From Candidatus Micrarchaeia archaeon (lineage in GTDB: Archaea > Micrarchaeota > Micrarchaeia > CAILAH01), in assembly GCA_038874595.1 (NCBI GenBank), contig JAVZCB010000004.1, positions 65,061 through 129,060 on the forward strand: a stretch of DNA of 64,000 nt, written 5' to 3'. Positions 38,998-48,304 of the stretch are shown here, one piece after another. The notes below the pieces were generated by a model. It was not told the origin of the DNA. It saw only the letters and a list, made by a program, of their open reading frames with translations, and did not search any database. Both the position numbers and the translations under genes were made by a program. Numbering within the stretch: position 1 is the stretch's first letter; each line of letters opens with the position of its first letter.

Positions 38998-39597
38998 TTA
39001 TGAAAGGAGGCCTTCCGCGGAAAGCAGTATCATGCACAGGAAAAGCAAAATGAATACGATTGTTACTCCTGTAAACAGTGCACCAAGTGATGAGATGGAC
39101 ACTCCAAACTCATTAGATGCACGCAATAATTCCAGGGAAGTTTTTTCATCAACCTTCCTCTCGTTTTTCCTTATGTCCTTTATGGTTTCTTTGGCATTTG
39201 CTATATCAACTTTTAGCTTCTTGAGTTGGTCCTCGCTCTTCTTAAGCTGAATGGTCTCATTGGCAAAGTTATATCCGCTCATTACCTGCAGTTTCGCTAG
39301 TGATAGGCGCGTTGTTGAAACACTGGCACTCGTGCTATCCAGGGATTCCTCAACGCTGTCCAAAGTTTCCTCATATGAATTAAGCAGGCTAATGACCGCC
39401 TTGCTGTTGAATACACTCGCATCACTTATTGTTAGGATTGAGCTAAATATGGTTTTAGAGGACGAATCAAGGGTGGCTATTGACGGGGAGATTATGAAAT
39501 ATGTAAGCAGCGTGAATATTATTCCTATTATTGAAAGAAGGGAAATTAGCAACGATGAAAGGCTCCTTATCGCTGTAAGCTGGTTCTTATTCTCCAC
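38998..39597 (-). CDS. Membrane protein with two TMs flanking a coiled coil
   Basis: Hydrophobic termini and heptad-like middle; overlaps the end of the protease gene. Confidence 0.65.
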   Translation of the reverse strand: MENKNQLTAIRSLSSLLISLLSIIGIIFTLLTYFIISPSIATLDSSSKTIFSSILTISDASVFNSKAVISLLNSYEETLDSVEESLDSTSASVSTTRLSLAKLQVMSGYNFANETIQLKKSEDQLKKLKVDIANAKETIKDIRKNERKVDEKTSLELLRASNEFGVSISSLGALFTGVTIVFILLFLCMILLSAEGLLS

Positions 39598-41255
39598 CTT
39601 TTCCTACCTCCACCTCTATGCAATAGCTTATGGGCAATTACTACCAAAGTAAATATGCACAATAACATTAATAATGTAAGCCCGAAGCTATCACAAAACA
39701 GGCTGGAAACACAACCGGCACCTGTATCGCCACCAGCAGTTATTGCATTCTTTGTAGATATGGCAGTTTCATTTTTCTGGCTTGTGCTTGTTATAGACGC
39801 ATCACTAAGATGCCTGTCTGCAATCACAGCAAACCTCCTAATTACGCCTGCTGAACCAACACCGTAATCCGGGTTGGACTCAAGATAATTTGAGTGCGCC
39901 TCCATCATCTGTACCCATTCGCTTGCAAGATAACTGTCAGGTTTTTCAGGGTATGTTGAGTTCACTTCACTTGCGTGCATTGAAAGCTCCATTAGTGCTG
40001 CACCGTAGTATCCTCTTAGGTATGCATCTACACCTTTTGCTAAATGGTCCCCACTGGAAGCAAAATAAAGGCGGAGCAGCTTCTCATCTGTGCCCTTCAG
40101 GCCGCCCACGTTTACCGGCGTGCCAGAAGCATCCCCTGTGGAAAGATCCTCTGCAATTGCACACCATAACTCCGCCTGCCTCAACGCATAAGCGGTTTGC
40201 AGCCTGCTCGGAAGTGTGACAGCTGGCAGTTTGAGCGTGTCCATTACGCTTCGTGCCCAATAATACCTGAGCTCGGCGTTTGCATATCCATCCAAAGGGC
40301 CCCTATAACTACGCAAGTTGTTCTCAACACGCTTAAGGCAGTTTGTTGTGCTTTCGCTTGATGCTGCAAGGCCATCATCAGATAAATCAGCTTCAAGTGC
40401 ATGCATTTTCGTAAGCGCTAAAAATGCCTCGTTCCCAGCACTGTATGTATAGCCCATTTCGTAAAGTGATTCTGCCAATTGTTGCTTGGCTTTAAAATAT
40501 GCATATGCAGATGGATGTGATTCTCTTATATTCTCGACTTCTGCAGATAACGTTGATATCATCTTACTAACAGCCCCGCTAAACTGCCTGTTTGGCGTGG
40601 CACGGGGCAACTTTGATGCTGAGGTGTATTGCACTGGCGGGTATGAAATATTCTTTATAGGCAGATTCTCCTCCGTAATAAACACGCGGTAAGCTTCTTC
40701 TATTGAAGAATAATGCACAACAATTATTCCACTTTCAGAGGATATTCGCTCAAGCATTGCAGAATCTTCTGCGGATGACAACGGGACAAGTATTGCTTTC
40801 TTGCCAGTTGCAGATGCAACAGCTGCCTTCTCAGGAAGCCCACCAACCGGGATTATGCTCCCATCCGCACCGATGCCTCCTGTAATAGTAATATCCTGCT
40901 GCAGTGGCTTCCCATCCACAAGGCTAAGTGAGATTATTGCCATTGCCGCACCTGCACTTGGGCCGTCGAGCAGGTACGCTTTGCCAGCAGCATTGCTCCT
41001 GATAAGAATATCCATATTGCTAATATTACGACTTGACCTAACATAATCCACTGCCGACTGGACTGATTGCTGGAATTCCTCACCCGCAAATGGTGCCACA
41101 GAAACATAGGTATCCCCATAGCCAGGGCGAAATTCAACACTCAGGGTGACGAGCGTTCCACCGTTATCATCTGATACGGCGGGGACATCAAGCTGTGCAA
41201 TGGTGCCAAATGCAATATTAATGAGAAGCACTACCAGGGCTAGAAATGGCCGCAT
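39567..41255 (-). CDS. Secreted, membrane-anchored Lon-like (S16) serine protease without ATPase domain
   Basis: DGPSAG (catalytic Ser), ITGGI and PVGGLPEK (catalytic Lys); signal peptide; C-terminal TM. Confidence 0.85.
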   Translation of the reverse strand: MRPFLALVVLLINIAFGTIAQLDVPAVSDDNGGTLVTLSVEFRPGYGDTYVSVAPFAGEEFQQSVQSAVDYVRSSRNISNMDILIRSNAAGKAYLLDGPSAGAAMAIISLSLVDGKPLQQDITITGGIGADGSIIPVGGLPEKAAVASATGKKAILVPLSSAEDSAMLERISSESGIIVVHYSSIEEAYRVFITEENLPIKNISYPPVQYTSASKLPRATPNRQFSGAVSKMISTLSAEVENIRESHPSAYAYFKAKQQLAESLYEMGYTYSAGNEAFLALTKMHALEADLSDDGLAASSESTTNCLKRVENNLRSYRGPLDGYANAELRYYWARSVMDTLKLPAVTLPSRLQTAYALRQAELWCAIAEDLSTGDASGTPVNVGGLKGTDEKLLRLYFASSGDHLAKGVDAYLRGYYGAALMELSMHASEVNSTYPEKPDSYLASEWVQMMEAHSNYLESNPDYGVGSAGVIRRFAVIADRHLSDASITSTSQKNETAISTKNAITAGGDTGAGCVSSLFCDSFGLTLLMLLCIFTLVVIAHKLLHRGGGRKRWRIRTSLQR

Positions 41256-41354
41256 GCATATAATTGCATCCCTATTAATATATCCTTCTCAGCTCCGACG
41301 TTATGTTTATAAATGTTCCTTCTGAATATGGTATTACACTTTGGAGGTGTATGA

Positions 41355-41579
41355 ATGGGAGTAAAGATTGGTTCTGAAAAAATAAAGCGCGAAAGCGGCT
41401 ACCTCTACTTTGTTGGGAAGGATGGTTATGTTTGGGCAGTCCCAATGAGGCACAACAAGGGTGGCAGGAAGAAGAAGGTCGGCACTGAAAAGATCCAGAA
41501 GGAGCCAGGGTTCCTTTACTATGTCGGTGACGACGGATATGTTTACAGAGCAAAGATGAAGAATGCTGGAAGGAGATAA
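41355..41579 (+). CDS. Small basic protein with an internal two-fold repeat
   Basis: TTTATAAA box, SD GGAGGTG and T-rich trailer; repeats KIGSEKIKRESGYLYFVGKDGYV and KVGTEKIQKEPGFLYYVGDDGYV. Confidence 0.85.
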   Translation: MGVKIGSEKIKRESGYLYFVGKDGYVWAVPMRHNKGGRKKKVGTEKIQKEPGFLYYVGDDGYVYRAKMKNAGRR

Positions 41580-41639
41580 TTCTCTTTCCTCTCTTCTATT
41601 CTAATTTTTATTTAGGATTACTAAACCCCGATATCATTT

Positions 41640-42575
41640 TCATTTGCCGCTGTTTGCGGGTAGTAGCCTCGGCTTTTGGCGTGTATCGACCAAACGGGTT
41701 GTGTCACTTTCTGCATAGATTAGCTCAGGGCTGAAATTCCTTATCGCATCTACGTGCTTTAAGACCGCATCACGCGGCAGCTTATAATTGAAAATAAAAG
41801 CGGTCCGTGCAATATCAAGACTATCTTTTCGCTTCTGCCTGCTGCAAATTGTATCATATGCATAAACTGCCTCAAGATACTGTGAAGGATTGCTTCTCTC
41901 AAGCCAGCCTGTAAGTTCAGAGAGGAAAGAAGGTGTGGCTTGTTGGGATTTCCTGCCACGCTGGCCCTGATGCGAATACGCAAGCATAACAAGCGGTTCA
42001 TATGGTTTATATGCACCACCTGAGAAATTCAGGTGCTCCTCAAGCATTTCAAGTTTTTTCTGAATGCGAAAATATGACCTCCTTATGTGCAGCAGGGATT
42101 TGCTGTAGTATGATATCTTCTGCCTGTCAGGTACTTCTTGGGAAGAAATATAATCTTTAATTGAAGATTGCACATCTGCCTCAAGCGTTTCAAGCATTTC
42201 TTGCATCTGGCTCAGGCTGATGTTCACCTTATCGAGCCGCTTAACGCGCGATTTCTTAAAATCACTGATAGAGATAAGCCATCTAAAGTTTGATATGTAA
42301 GTCTTGCCGAGCTTTGCAATGCTAGCAATCGTAAGCAAAAAATCCCCAATAAAAGATGGTGTTCTTGATGCACGAGGTGAGAAAAGAAGTGCTAATTCAA
42401 ATGCTGACCTGTGATATTTATGAAGGGCAATGTTCTTCTCAGTAAGTGATATGCAGTCTCCAGCCGCACTGCTACAGTTATCGTCACGCCCTGCAATATA
42501 TGCCTTAGTCATGCTGGAAATAAATTCCTTGTCAAGCATCATCCGCTTGTACAAAGTTTCTGAGAGCATTAACAC
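41640..42575 (-). CDS. Hypothetical protein
   Basis: 311-aa ORF filling the gap; no motif recognised. Confidence 0.6.
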   Translation of the reverse strand: MLMLSETLYKRMMLDKEFISSMTKAYIAGRDDNCSSAAGDCISLTEKNIALHKYHRSAFELALLFSPRASRTPSFIGDFLLTIASIAKLGKTYISNFRWLISISDFKKSRVKRLDKVNISLSQMQEMLETLEADVQSSIKDYISSQEVPDRQKISYYSKSLLHIRRSYFRIQKKLEMLEEHLNFSGGAYKPYEPLVMLAYSHQGQRGRKSQQATPSFLSELTGWLERSNPSQYLEAVYAYDTICSRQKRKDSLDIARTAFIFNYKLPRDAVLKHVDAIRNFSPELIYAESDTTRLVDTRQKPRLLPANSGK

Positions 42576-42706
42576 ACCCTTTTAATCATCACTTCAACAA
42601 TTCGGAGCGTATGGTATTTATATATGTTTCTATTTTAATTAACGTGGGGCATAAGAAGGAATAGCTTATTATTTGTTTATTAATCATAAATAATCCTGGT
42701 AACCCG

Positions 42707-42864
42707 GGGCCCGTAGTCGAGTGGTTAAGACGCCTCCCTTACAGGGCATTCTTTCCAGTGGAAGCGGGAAGAAAAGCCTTTGAAAGGTGGAGATCCCCAG
42801 TTCAATATCTTCGCTTCTGGCTCATTGAAATGCCAAAGTGATGATGAAAATCTGGGCGGGCCCA
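42707..42864 (+). tRNA. tRNA-Val(TAC) with two introns: 37/38 (42744-42784, 41 nt) and 59/60 (42807-42850, 44 nt)
   Basis: Acceptor GGGCCCG/CGGGCCC+A; anticodon arm CCTCC-CTTACA|A-GGTGG; T arm CCCAG-TTCAAT|T-CTGGG with a clean BHB. Confidence 0.9.
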
Positions 42865-42912
42865 CTCTTTAACAAGAGCAGACTTAAATTAGTTGAAGAA
42901 GAGATTGTTAAC

Positions 42913-43440
42913 ATGCAGGTTTATGAAGACTACGAAAAAGCCACATGCTACCAGATACCCCTCTCAAAAAGGAAGCTTATAAAGAAAGCAATTGAAGGGT
43001 TATCAAGATTGATGCTTATAATAATCGCCATCAGTTTCATTGCAAGCATGTGGGGCAACCTTAACTTTCAGGACCACTCAAGAATAATCAGCTCGGCCGT
43101 GATTGTATGGGTTTTTCTAACCATACTCACCACAGCCGCACTCCTCCTGTACAACCATGTATATATCAGGAATTACTATTATGACATAAGGGCAGAAGGG
43201 ATTGTGATACGAAAAGGCGTACTTATGAAAAAGGAGCTGTCGCTTGCTTATGAGAAAGTACAAGAGGTATATATAGACCAGGACCTGCTGGACAAATTGC
43301 TCGGAATTTATGATGTGCACCTTAAGACGGCCGCAGAGCATTCCGAGGATTTCGCACACATAGACGGGCTTTCTGGGAGCAGCGCACAAAAAATAAAGGG
43401 AATGATTATTGAAAATATCAGAAAAACTAACAGCGCATAG
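42913..43440 (+). CDS. Membrane protein with bacterial PH (bPH_2/YdbS-like) domain
   Basis: Two TMs, then IRKGV, KVQEVYIDQDLLDKLLGI and IDGL; start moved downstream of tRNA-Val. Confidence 0.8.
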   Translation: MQVYEDYEKATCYQIPLSKRKLIKKAIEGLSRLMLIIIAISFIASMWGNLNFQDHSRIISSAVIVWVFLTILTTAALLLYNHVYIRNYYYDIRAEGIVIRKGVLMKKELSLAYEKVQEVYIDQDLLDKLLGIYDVHLKTAAEHSEDFAHIDGLSGSSAQKIKGMIIENIRKTNSA

Positions 43441-43508
43441 ATGTGAGAGAATACTTAATAATATTTCAATCCATAATTTCCATAAGAGAAAGGAGTGTGA
43501 GTGATTTT

Positions 43509-44126
43509 ATGCTTGATTGGCTACAGGGCCTTATTGACAGGTTTTTTGGTTCAAAAAGCATAAGCCTTGGCCTTTATGGAGCACCTAACGCTGGAAAGAC
43601 AACGCTTGCAAACAAGATTTCTATGGATTTTGTCGGCGAACCGTTAGGTAAAGTTTCAGAAGTGCCACATGAAACGCGTGTGGTCCAGAAGAAAGAAAAG
43701 GTCACTATGAAGGTAAACGGAAAAAAGCTTACGATGAACCTGCTTGACATGCCTGGCATCGCAACAAAGGTTGACTACCGCGATTTCCTAAAGTACGGGA
43801 TTGAAAAGGAAAATGCCCGAGCAAGGGCAAAAGAAGCAACAAAGGGGATTATTGAGGCAATCAAATGGCTTGAGAATGTTGATGCCGCACTTGTAGTTAT
43901 GGATTCAACTGAGGACCCGTATACGCAAGTTAACATTACAATACTTGGGAACCTAGAGGCAAGGAATATCCCTGTTATACTTGTTGCGAACAAGACGGAT
44001 TTGCCAGGCTCAAATGTAAAGAGAATTCGTGAGGCGTTCCCGCAATATCCTCTTGTTCACATATCTGCAAAGAAAGGCCACAACATAGATGAGTTGTACA
44101 AGACAATTTTTGAAAAGGTGGGCTGA
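43509..44126 (+). CDS. oapA: Era-like GTP-binding protein (OapA type)
   Basis: GAPNAGKTTLANKI, PHETR, DMPG, EATKGIIEAIKWL, DPYTQVN and ANKTD. Confidence 0.85.
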   Translation: MLDWLQGLIDRFFGSKSISLGLYGAPNAGKTTLANKISMDFVGEPLGKVSEVPHETRVVQKKEKVTMKVNGKKLTMNLLDMPGIATKVDYRDFLKYGIEKENARARAKEATKGIIEAIKWLENVDAALVVMDSTEDPYTQVNITILGNLEARNIPVILVANKTDLPGSNVKRIREAFPQYPLVHISAKKGHNIDELYKTIFEKVG

Positions 44127-44497
44127 TGCCGGAAATCAGGATAGAGTTTGTATCAGCGGCTGTGTTGCGTGATATGGAAAGTGCTAAACGCATTGAGTAC
44201 TTGCTGCGCGTTATAAAACGCGGCTGCCTGGTTGTGCTTGAGGAAAGGCTCGGCCCAGAGGAAGAAAGGCTGCTTATAGAAGAAACAATGAATTTGGTGA
44301 ATGACAAATTTACTGGTATCGAAATATCAAGCCTCGGTGCTAACAGTACTAGCCAGTGGAGAGAAAAAATCATACGGTTCCTTGGAGGAAAAACAAGCGG
44401 GCTTACTGTAATTGGGCCGGCAAAGATGATAAAGGAGATAAAGAATGACCGCAGCAAGATTAACCTGCTTGCCGGATTCACAGGTGATAAGCCTTGA
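44126..44497 (+). CDS. oapB: DUF2073 family protein (OapB)
   Basis: VLEERLGPEEE-x-x-LIEETM, FTGIEI and GLTVIGPA; follows oapA. Confidence 0.8.
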   Translation: MPEIRIEFVSAAVLRDMESAKRIEYLLRVIKRGCLVVLEERLGPEEERLLIEETMNLVNDKFTGIEISSLGANSTSQWREKIIRFLGGKTSGLTVIGPAKMIKEIKNDRSKINLLAGFTGDKP

Positions 44498-44781
44498 AAG
44501 AGATTAAGGAAGGTGTGCACACCTGCATAAAATGCGGTGCCGAATACCAAAGCTGGGATTTTGTTTCCCTGCGGGCGTGCACCCAGTGTGGTAGCACGTC
44601 GTTTGTGTTCAAGGCAAAAGATGCAAAAGCGTTCAGGCAGATGATCGCAGAAACATCAGATGTAAAGGTGCTTGATAAAGGGATATTCGAGCTTAATATA
44701 GGGTCTCTTGCACAGCATGACCCAATTGTTATTGAAGGGGATGACGGCGTATTTTTCATAAAATTCCCAAAAAAGAAATAG
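44494..44781 (+). CDS. oapC: Zn-ribbon protein (DUF2072/OapC)
   Basis: HTCIKCG...CTQCG...F and GIFELNI; third gene of the oap cluster. Confidence 0.78.
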   Translation: MKEIKEGVHTCIKCGAEYQSWDFVSLRACTQCGSTSFVFKAKDAKAFRQMIAETSDVKVLDKGIFELNIGSLAQHDPIVIEGDDGVFFIKFPKKK

Positions 44782-44789
44782 TGGTGCCC

Positions 44790-45434
44790 ATGGAAAAGAA
44801 ATGCCTTGTAATCAAAAATGAGCATATATTTGGAAAGAACAATGAAAGGCTGTTTTACGGGTTTAAAGAGGCTGATGGGCTTGACTTTGATATTGAATCT
44901 TTAATTAAAGAGCACGGTGAGTACAAGGAAAGGTTTGGTGAGGAAGGAATGGAATCAAACCCGAACTACCAGCAGATAATACCTTACATAATATTCAGGC
45001 ATGGTGGGAAGTTCTTCATGTACGAGCGTCTCGGCGGTGGTGGTGAGAAGCGCCTGTATAACTTGAAATCGCTTGGGGTGGGCGGGCACGTTGACCCGGG
45101 AGATTTTGGTACCCAGACGCTTATGCAAGCACTAAAAAGGGAATTTTTTGAAGAAGTAGTATATGAAGGGAGGTTTGAGCCAAGAATGGTAGGGCTCATA
45201 AACGAGAAAGGAGCAGGGAATGGCAGGGATGTGCAGGATGTGCACCTAGGAGTAGTATTTCTTGTTGACGGCGACAACGATAAAATAGATATCTCACCTG
45301 AAGAAAAAGATTCAAACAAGAAAGTAGGCCTGCTCAGCTGTGATGAGCTTAAGCAATATTATGGACAAATGGAAGGATGGAGCAAAATTGTATACGATAA
45401 TTTTATAGCAAAAATAAGTACAAAAAAGGAATAA
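44790..45434 (+). CDS. NUDIX-family hydrolase / predicted phosphoesterase
   Basis: QIIPY, EKRL, SLGVGGHV, REFFEEV, VHLG and EGWS. Confidence 0.82.
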   Translation: MEKKCLVIKNEHIFGKNNERLFYGFKEADGLDFDIESLIKEHGEYKERFGEEGMESNPNYQQIIPYIIFRHGGKFFMYERLGGGGEKRLYNLKSLGVGGHVDPGDFGTQTLMQALKREFFEEVVYEGRFEPRMVGLINEKGAGNGRDVQDVHLGVVFLVDGDNDKIDISPEEKDSNKKVGLLSCDELKQYYGQMEGWSKIVYDNFIAKISTKKE

Positions 45435-45439
45435 TAAAA

Positions 45440-47629
45440 CTAATCCATAAAGAACGAAGCATCCGGCGGCTGTTCTGTCTCGCCCTTTCTCTTTCTTATT
45501 TCACGCACTATCTTATCCTGTAGCTCTTTTGGAAGCTTCTCATAACCAAAGTACTCATAGTACCATACCGCACGGCCCTGTGTTGCGCCACGCAGCACGT
45601 TTGCAAAACCGAACATTTCGGCAACAGGCACTTTCGAGTTAAGGTCAACAACCTCATCCTGCTGCTCAATGCTGAGTATTTGGCCCCTCTTACCCTGGAT
45701 GTTGTTAATCACTGTGCTCATATATTCCTGCGGAATCTGCACAAATAACTTCTGCTTCGGTTCAAGCAAAGTAACACCAGCACTCATCATGCCTGCATAA
45801 ATTGCACGCTTGATTGCAGGAATAATCTGTGCTGGACCGCGGTGCACTGGGTCCTCGTGAATCACTGCATCAACTATAGATACTTTGACACCAGTAACCT
45901 TTTCCTTTGCAAGAGGTCCCTGTTGCATAGCCTCCTCAAAGCCCTGCATTAAGAGCTCCATTACTTCATTCATATATTGCACTCCTTTTGTCATGTCAAG
46001 CAGGATGTTATTGCCGTAAATTATCTTAGCATTTTTTGCTTCCTCCCTTGGCAGGCCATACTGTATAAGGAGCTCCTGCACGGTCTTGCCGCGAATCTTA
46101 CCTTCAGGTATGTTATTCTCCTCCATCGCTTTCAGCACACTCTCTTCGAGCGGCTCAACAACAACCTGGAACTTTGAGTGCTTGTTGGGTGATTTCCCTT
46201 CAACAGGCCCAAACTTCTTATTTATTGTTTCCTTGTAAACTACAATCGGCGGGGATGTCTCAATCTGTATACCCTTCTCATTAACTATCTTTGTCTCTAT
46301 AATCTCAAGATGCAAATCACCCATACCATAAATGAGGTGCTCACCTGTATCCATATTCAGCTCAACCTTGAACGTCGGGTCCTCCTTGGCAATGCCTCGC
46401 AAGACGTCTATTAGCTTGACAAGGTCTTTGGGGTTCTTCGCCTCAATTGATTTTGTAACCACCGGTTGTGAGTAGTGCTTAATCTGGTCAAATGGGTCCA
46501 TCTCAACCTCGCTGATTGTCTCACCAACATAGAGGTCGTGAAGTCCTACAAGCGCCACAATATTGCCTGCCGGGACTTCATCGATGTTTATCCTGTCAGG
46601 GCCCATGTATATGCTTACCTGCTGTATCTTCCCGCCAGTCTGCTTTGATATTTGCTTCAGCTCAACTCCTTTCTTTGCTGTACCGCTGAAAAGCCTGCAT
46701 ATTGCGACCTCACCTGCGTGCGGGTCCATCGCAACACCAAACACCACGCCAATAAGTTTTGCATTCCTATCACAACTCGTCATATTCTTGTAAACTTCTG
46801 TATCACGCTCGCCATGCCAGAGCGCATCAATACGGTACTTCTGCGCCTCTGCTGGGTTGGGCAGGTGCTGGATTGCCATCTCAAGAATAACTTCGTCAAG
46901 AGGTGCTTTTTCCGACAATTCCTTGTGCTTACCCTCCTTGCAGTAGTTGTAAAGGTCTGTAAATGTGATATTTAGCCTTTTCATTGATGATGCACTAATC
47001 GCCCACTTGTTAAATGCAGAGCCAAACGCAACATTGCCTGCTGTAACGTTTATCTGCCATTTCTCCTTAAACTCCTGTGGGGCATACTGCGAAATCAGCT
47101 TGTTGACCTTCGTTATAATTTTTATTAACCTATCCTGCATCTGCTTTGCATCAAGCTGCAACTCATTTATGAGCCTGTCAACCTTGTTAATGAAAAGCAC
47201 CGGCCTGGAACGCTCCTTTAGTGCTTGCCTGAGAACGGTCTCTGTTTGAGGCATTACACCCTCAACAGAGTCAACAACTAAGATAACCCCATCAACCGCA
47301 CGCATTGCACGCGTCACGTGACCTCCAAAATCGACATGGCCAGGTGTGTCGATAAGATTAATCATATGGTCCTTCCCAAGATAAGTAAACCCAAGAGAAA
47401 TGTATGCTGCCTTGATTGTAATACCTCTCTTCTGCTCAATCTCATCAAAGTCCATTACGCGCTGTTCCCCAGCGAGCTCCTTGCTCATCAGCCCTGCACG
47501 CGCCACGAGGCTGTCTGAAAGAGTTGTTTTGCCATGGTCAACGTGCGCAACAATAGCTATGTTCCTGACATAGTTCAGGTCAGACATTAGCTTTTGCACT
47601 TCTGAAGCCATGAATTCTTTTCTTGTCAT
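45440..47629 (-). CDS. fusA: Translation elongation factor EF-2
   Basis: AHVDHGKTT, RGITI, DTPGHVDF and diphthamide loop HEDPVHRGPAQ. Confidence 0.97.
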   Translation of the reverse strand: MTRKEFMASEVQKLMSDLNYVRNIAIVAHVDHGKTTLSDSLVARAGLMSKELAGEQRVMDFDEIEQKRGITIKAAYISLGFTYLGKDHMINLIDTPGHVDFGGHVTRAMRAVDGVILVVDSVEGVMPQTETVLRQALKERSRPVLFINKVDRLINELQLDAKQMQDRLIKIITKVNKLISQYAPQEFKEKWQINVTAGNVAFGSAFNKWAISASSMKRLNITFTDLYNYCKEGKHKELSEKAPLDEVILEMAIQHLPNPAEAQKYRIDALWHGERDTEVYKNMTSCDRNAKLIGVVFGVAMDPHAGEVAICRLFSGTAKKGVELKQISKQTGGKIQQVSIYMGPDRINIDEVPAGNIVALVGLHDLYVGETISEVEMDPFDQIKHYSQPVVTKSIEAKNPKDLVKLIDVLRGIAKEDPTFKVELNMDTGEHLIYGMGDLHLEIIETKIVNEKGIQIETSPPIVVYKETINKKFGPVEGKSPNKHSKFQVVVEPLEESVLKAMEENNIPEGKIRGKTVQELLIQYGLPREEAKNAKIIYGNNILLDMTKGVQYMNEVMELLMQGFEEAMQQGPLAKEKVTGVKVSIVDAVIHEDPVHRGPAQIIPAIKRAIYAGMMSAGVTLLEPKQKLFVQIPQEYMSTVINNIQGKRGQILSIEQQDEVVDLNSKVPVAEMFGFANVLRGATQGRAVWYYEYFGYEKLPKELQDKIVREIRKRKGETEQPPDASFFMD

Positions 47630-47659
47630 CTGAATCTCCCCTTAAAAAGCGAATACAAA

Positions 47660-48268
47660 TTATCGTGCGCCAGCAGCTATCCTTTCTGTCTCATCCCTCT
47701 TCTTGATAGCATAGCTGTTCACATCACCTTTTGATGCAAGTATAAGCTCCTCTGCAAGAGCTTCTGCCATTGTCTTTTTCTTGGCAAACGATTGCATTAT
47801 AGTTGCAAGCGCAATATTACGGAGTGCCATATCCAGCCTTCTTGAAGGGGCAACATCAACCGCAACCTGGTAAAAAACCCCACCAAACTGGACACGCGTC
47901 ACATCCTCACGAGGAGCAGAGTTCTCAATGGCACTCACAAGAACCTGTATCGGGTTCTTCTTCTCCCTCTTTGATATTATCGCGAATGCCTCCTTAACAA
48001 TGCTGATTGCACGCGTCTTTTTGCCCTGCAGGTTACCATGTGTCCTGATAACCTTTCCGGAAAGCTTCTGACCGGTCCCACCGCGCATCAGCTTGTTGAT
48101 GAGACGCTCTACAACGTTGACCTCACTCTTGCCGAACTGCTTGCTTGCCTGCCTCCCAAAAGAATGCGGGAAAACTACAGGCTTGAGCGAAATATACTTA
48201 GCAATGCCTAAGTCAGAAACAGTTATCCCTTCCCAGTCATACAGGTTGAAAAGCCTTACATCACCCAT
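47660..48268 (-). CDS. rps7: 30S ribosomal protein S7 (uS7)
   Basis: VERLINKLM, NPIQVL, PRED and AVDVAPSRR. Confidence 0.96.
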   Translation of the reverse strand: MGDVRLFNLYDWEGITVSDLGIAKYISLKPVVFPHSFGRQASKQFGKSEVNVVERLINKLMRGGTGQKLSGKVIRTHGNLQGKKTRAISIVKEAFAIISKREKKNPIQVLVSAIENSAPREDVTRVQFGGVFYQVAVDVAPSRRLDMALRNIALATIMQSFAKKKTMAEALAEELILASKGDVNSYAIKKRDETERIAAGAR

Positions 48269-48304
48269 AAACACACCTTACTACATAATCATTAATTTGC
48301 CAAC

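Noticed and set aside
42807-42850. C/D box guide RNA in the tRNA-Val T-loop intron (GTGATGA)
   Set aside because: No CTGA D box; the motif is explained by pairing in the splice structure
42838-42912. N-terminal extension of the bPH_2 ORF
   Set aside because: Overlaps tRNA-Val; ATG 42913 preferred
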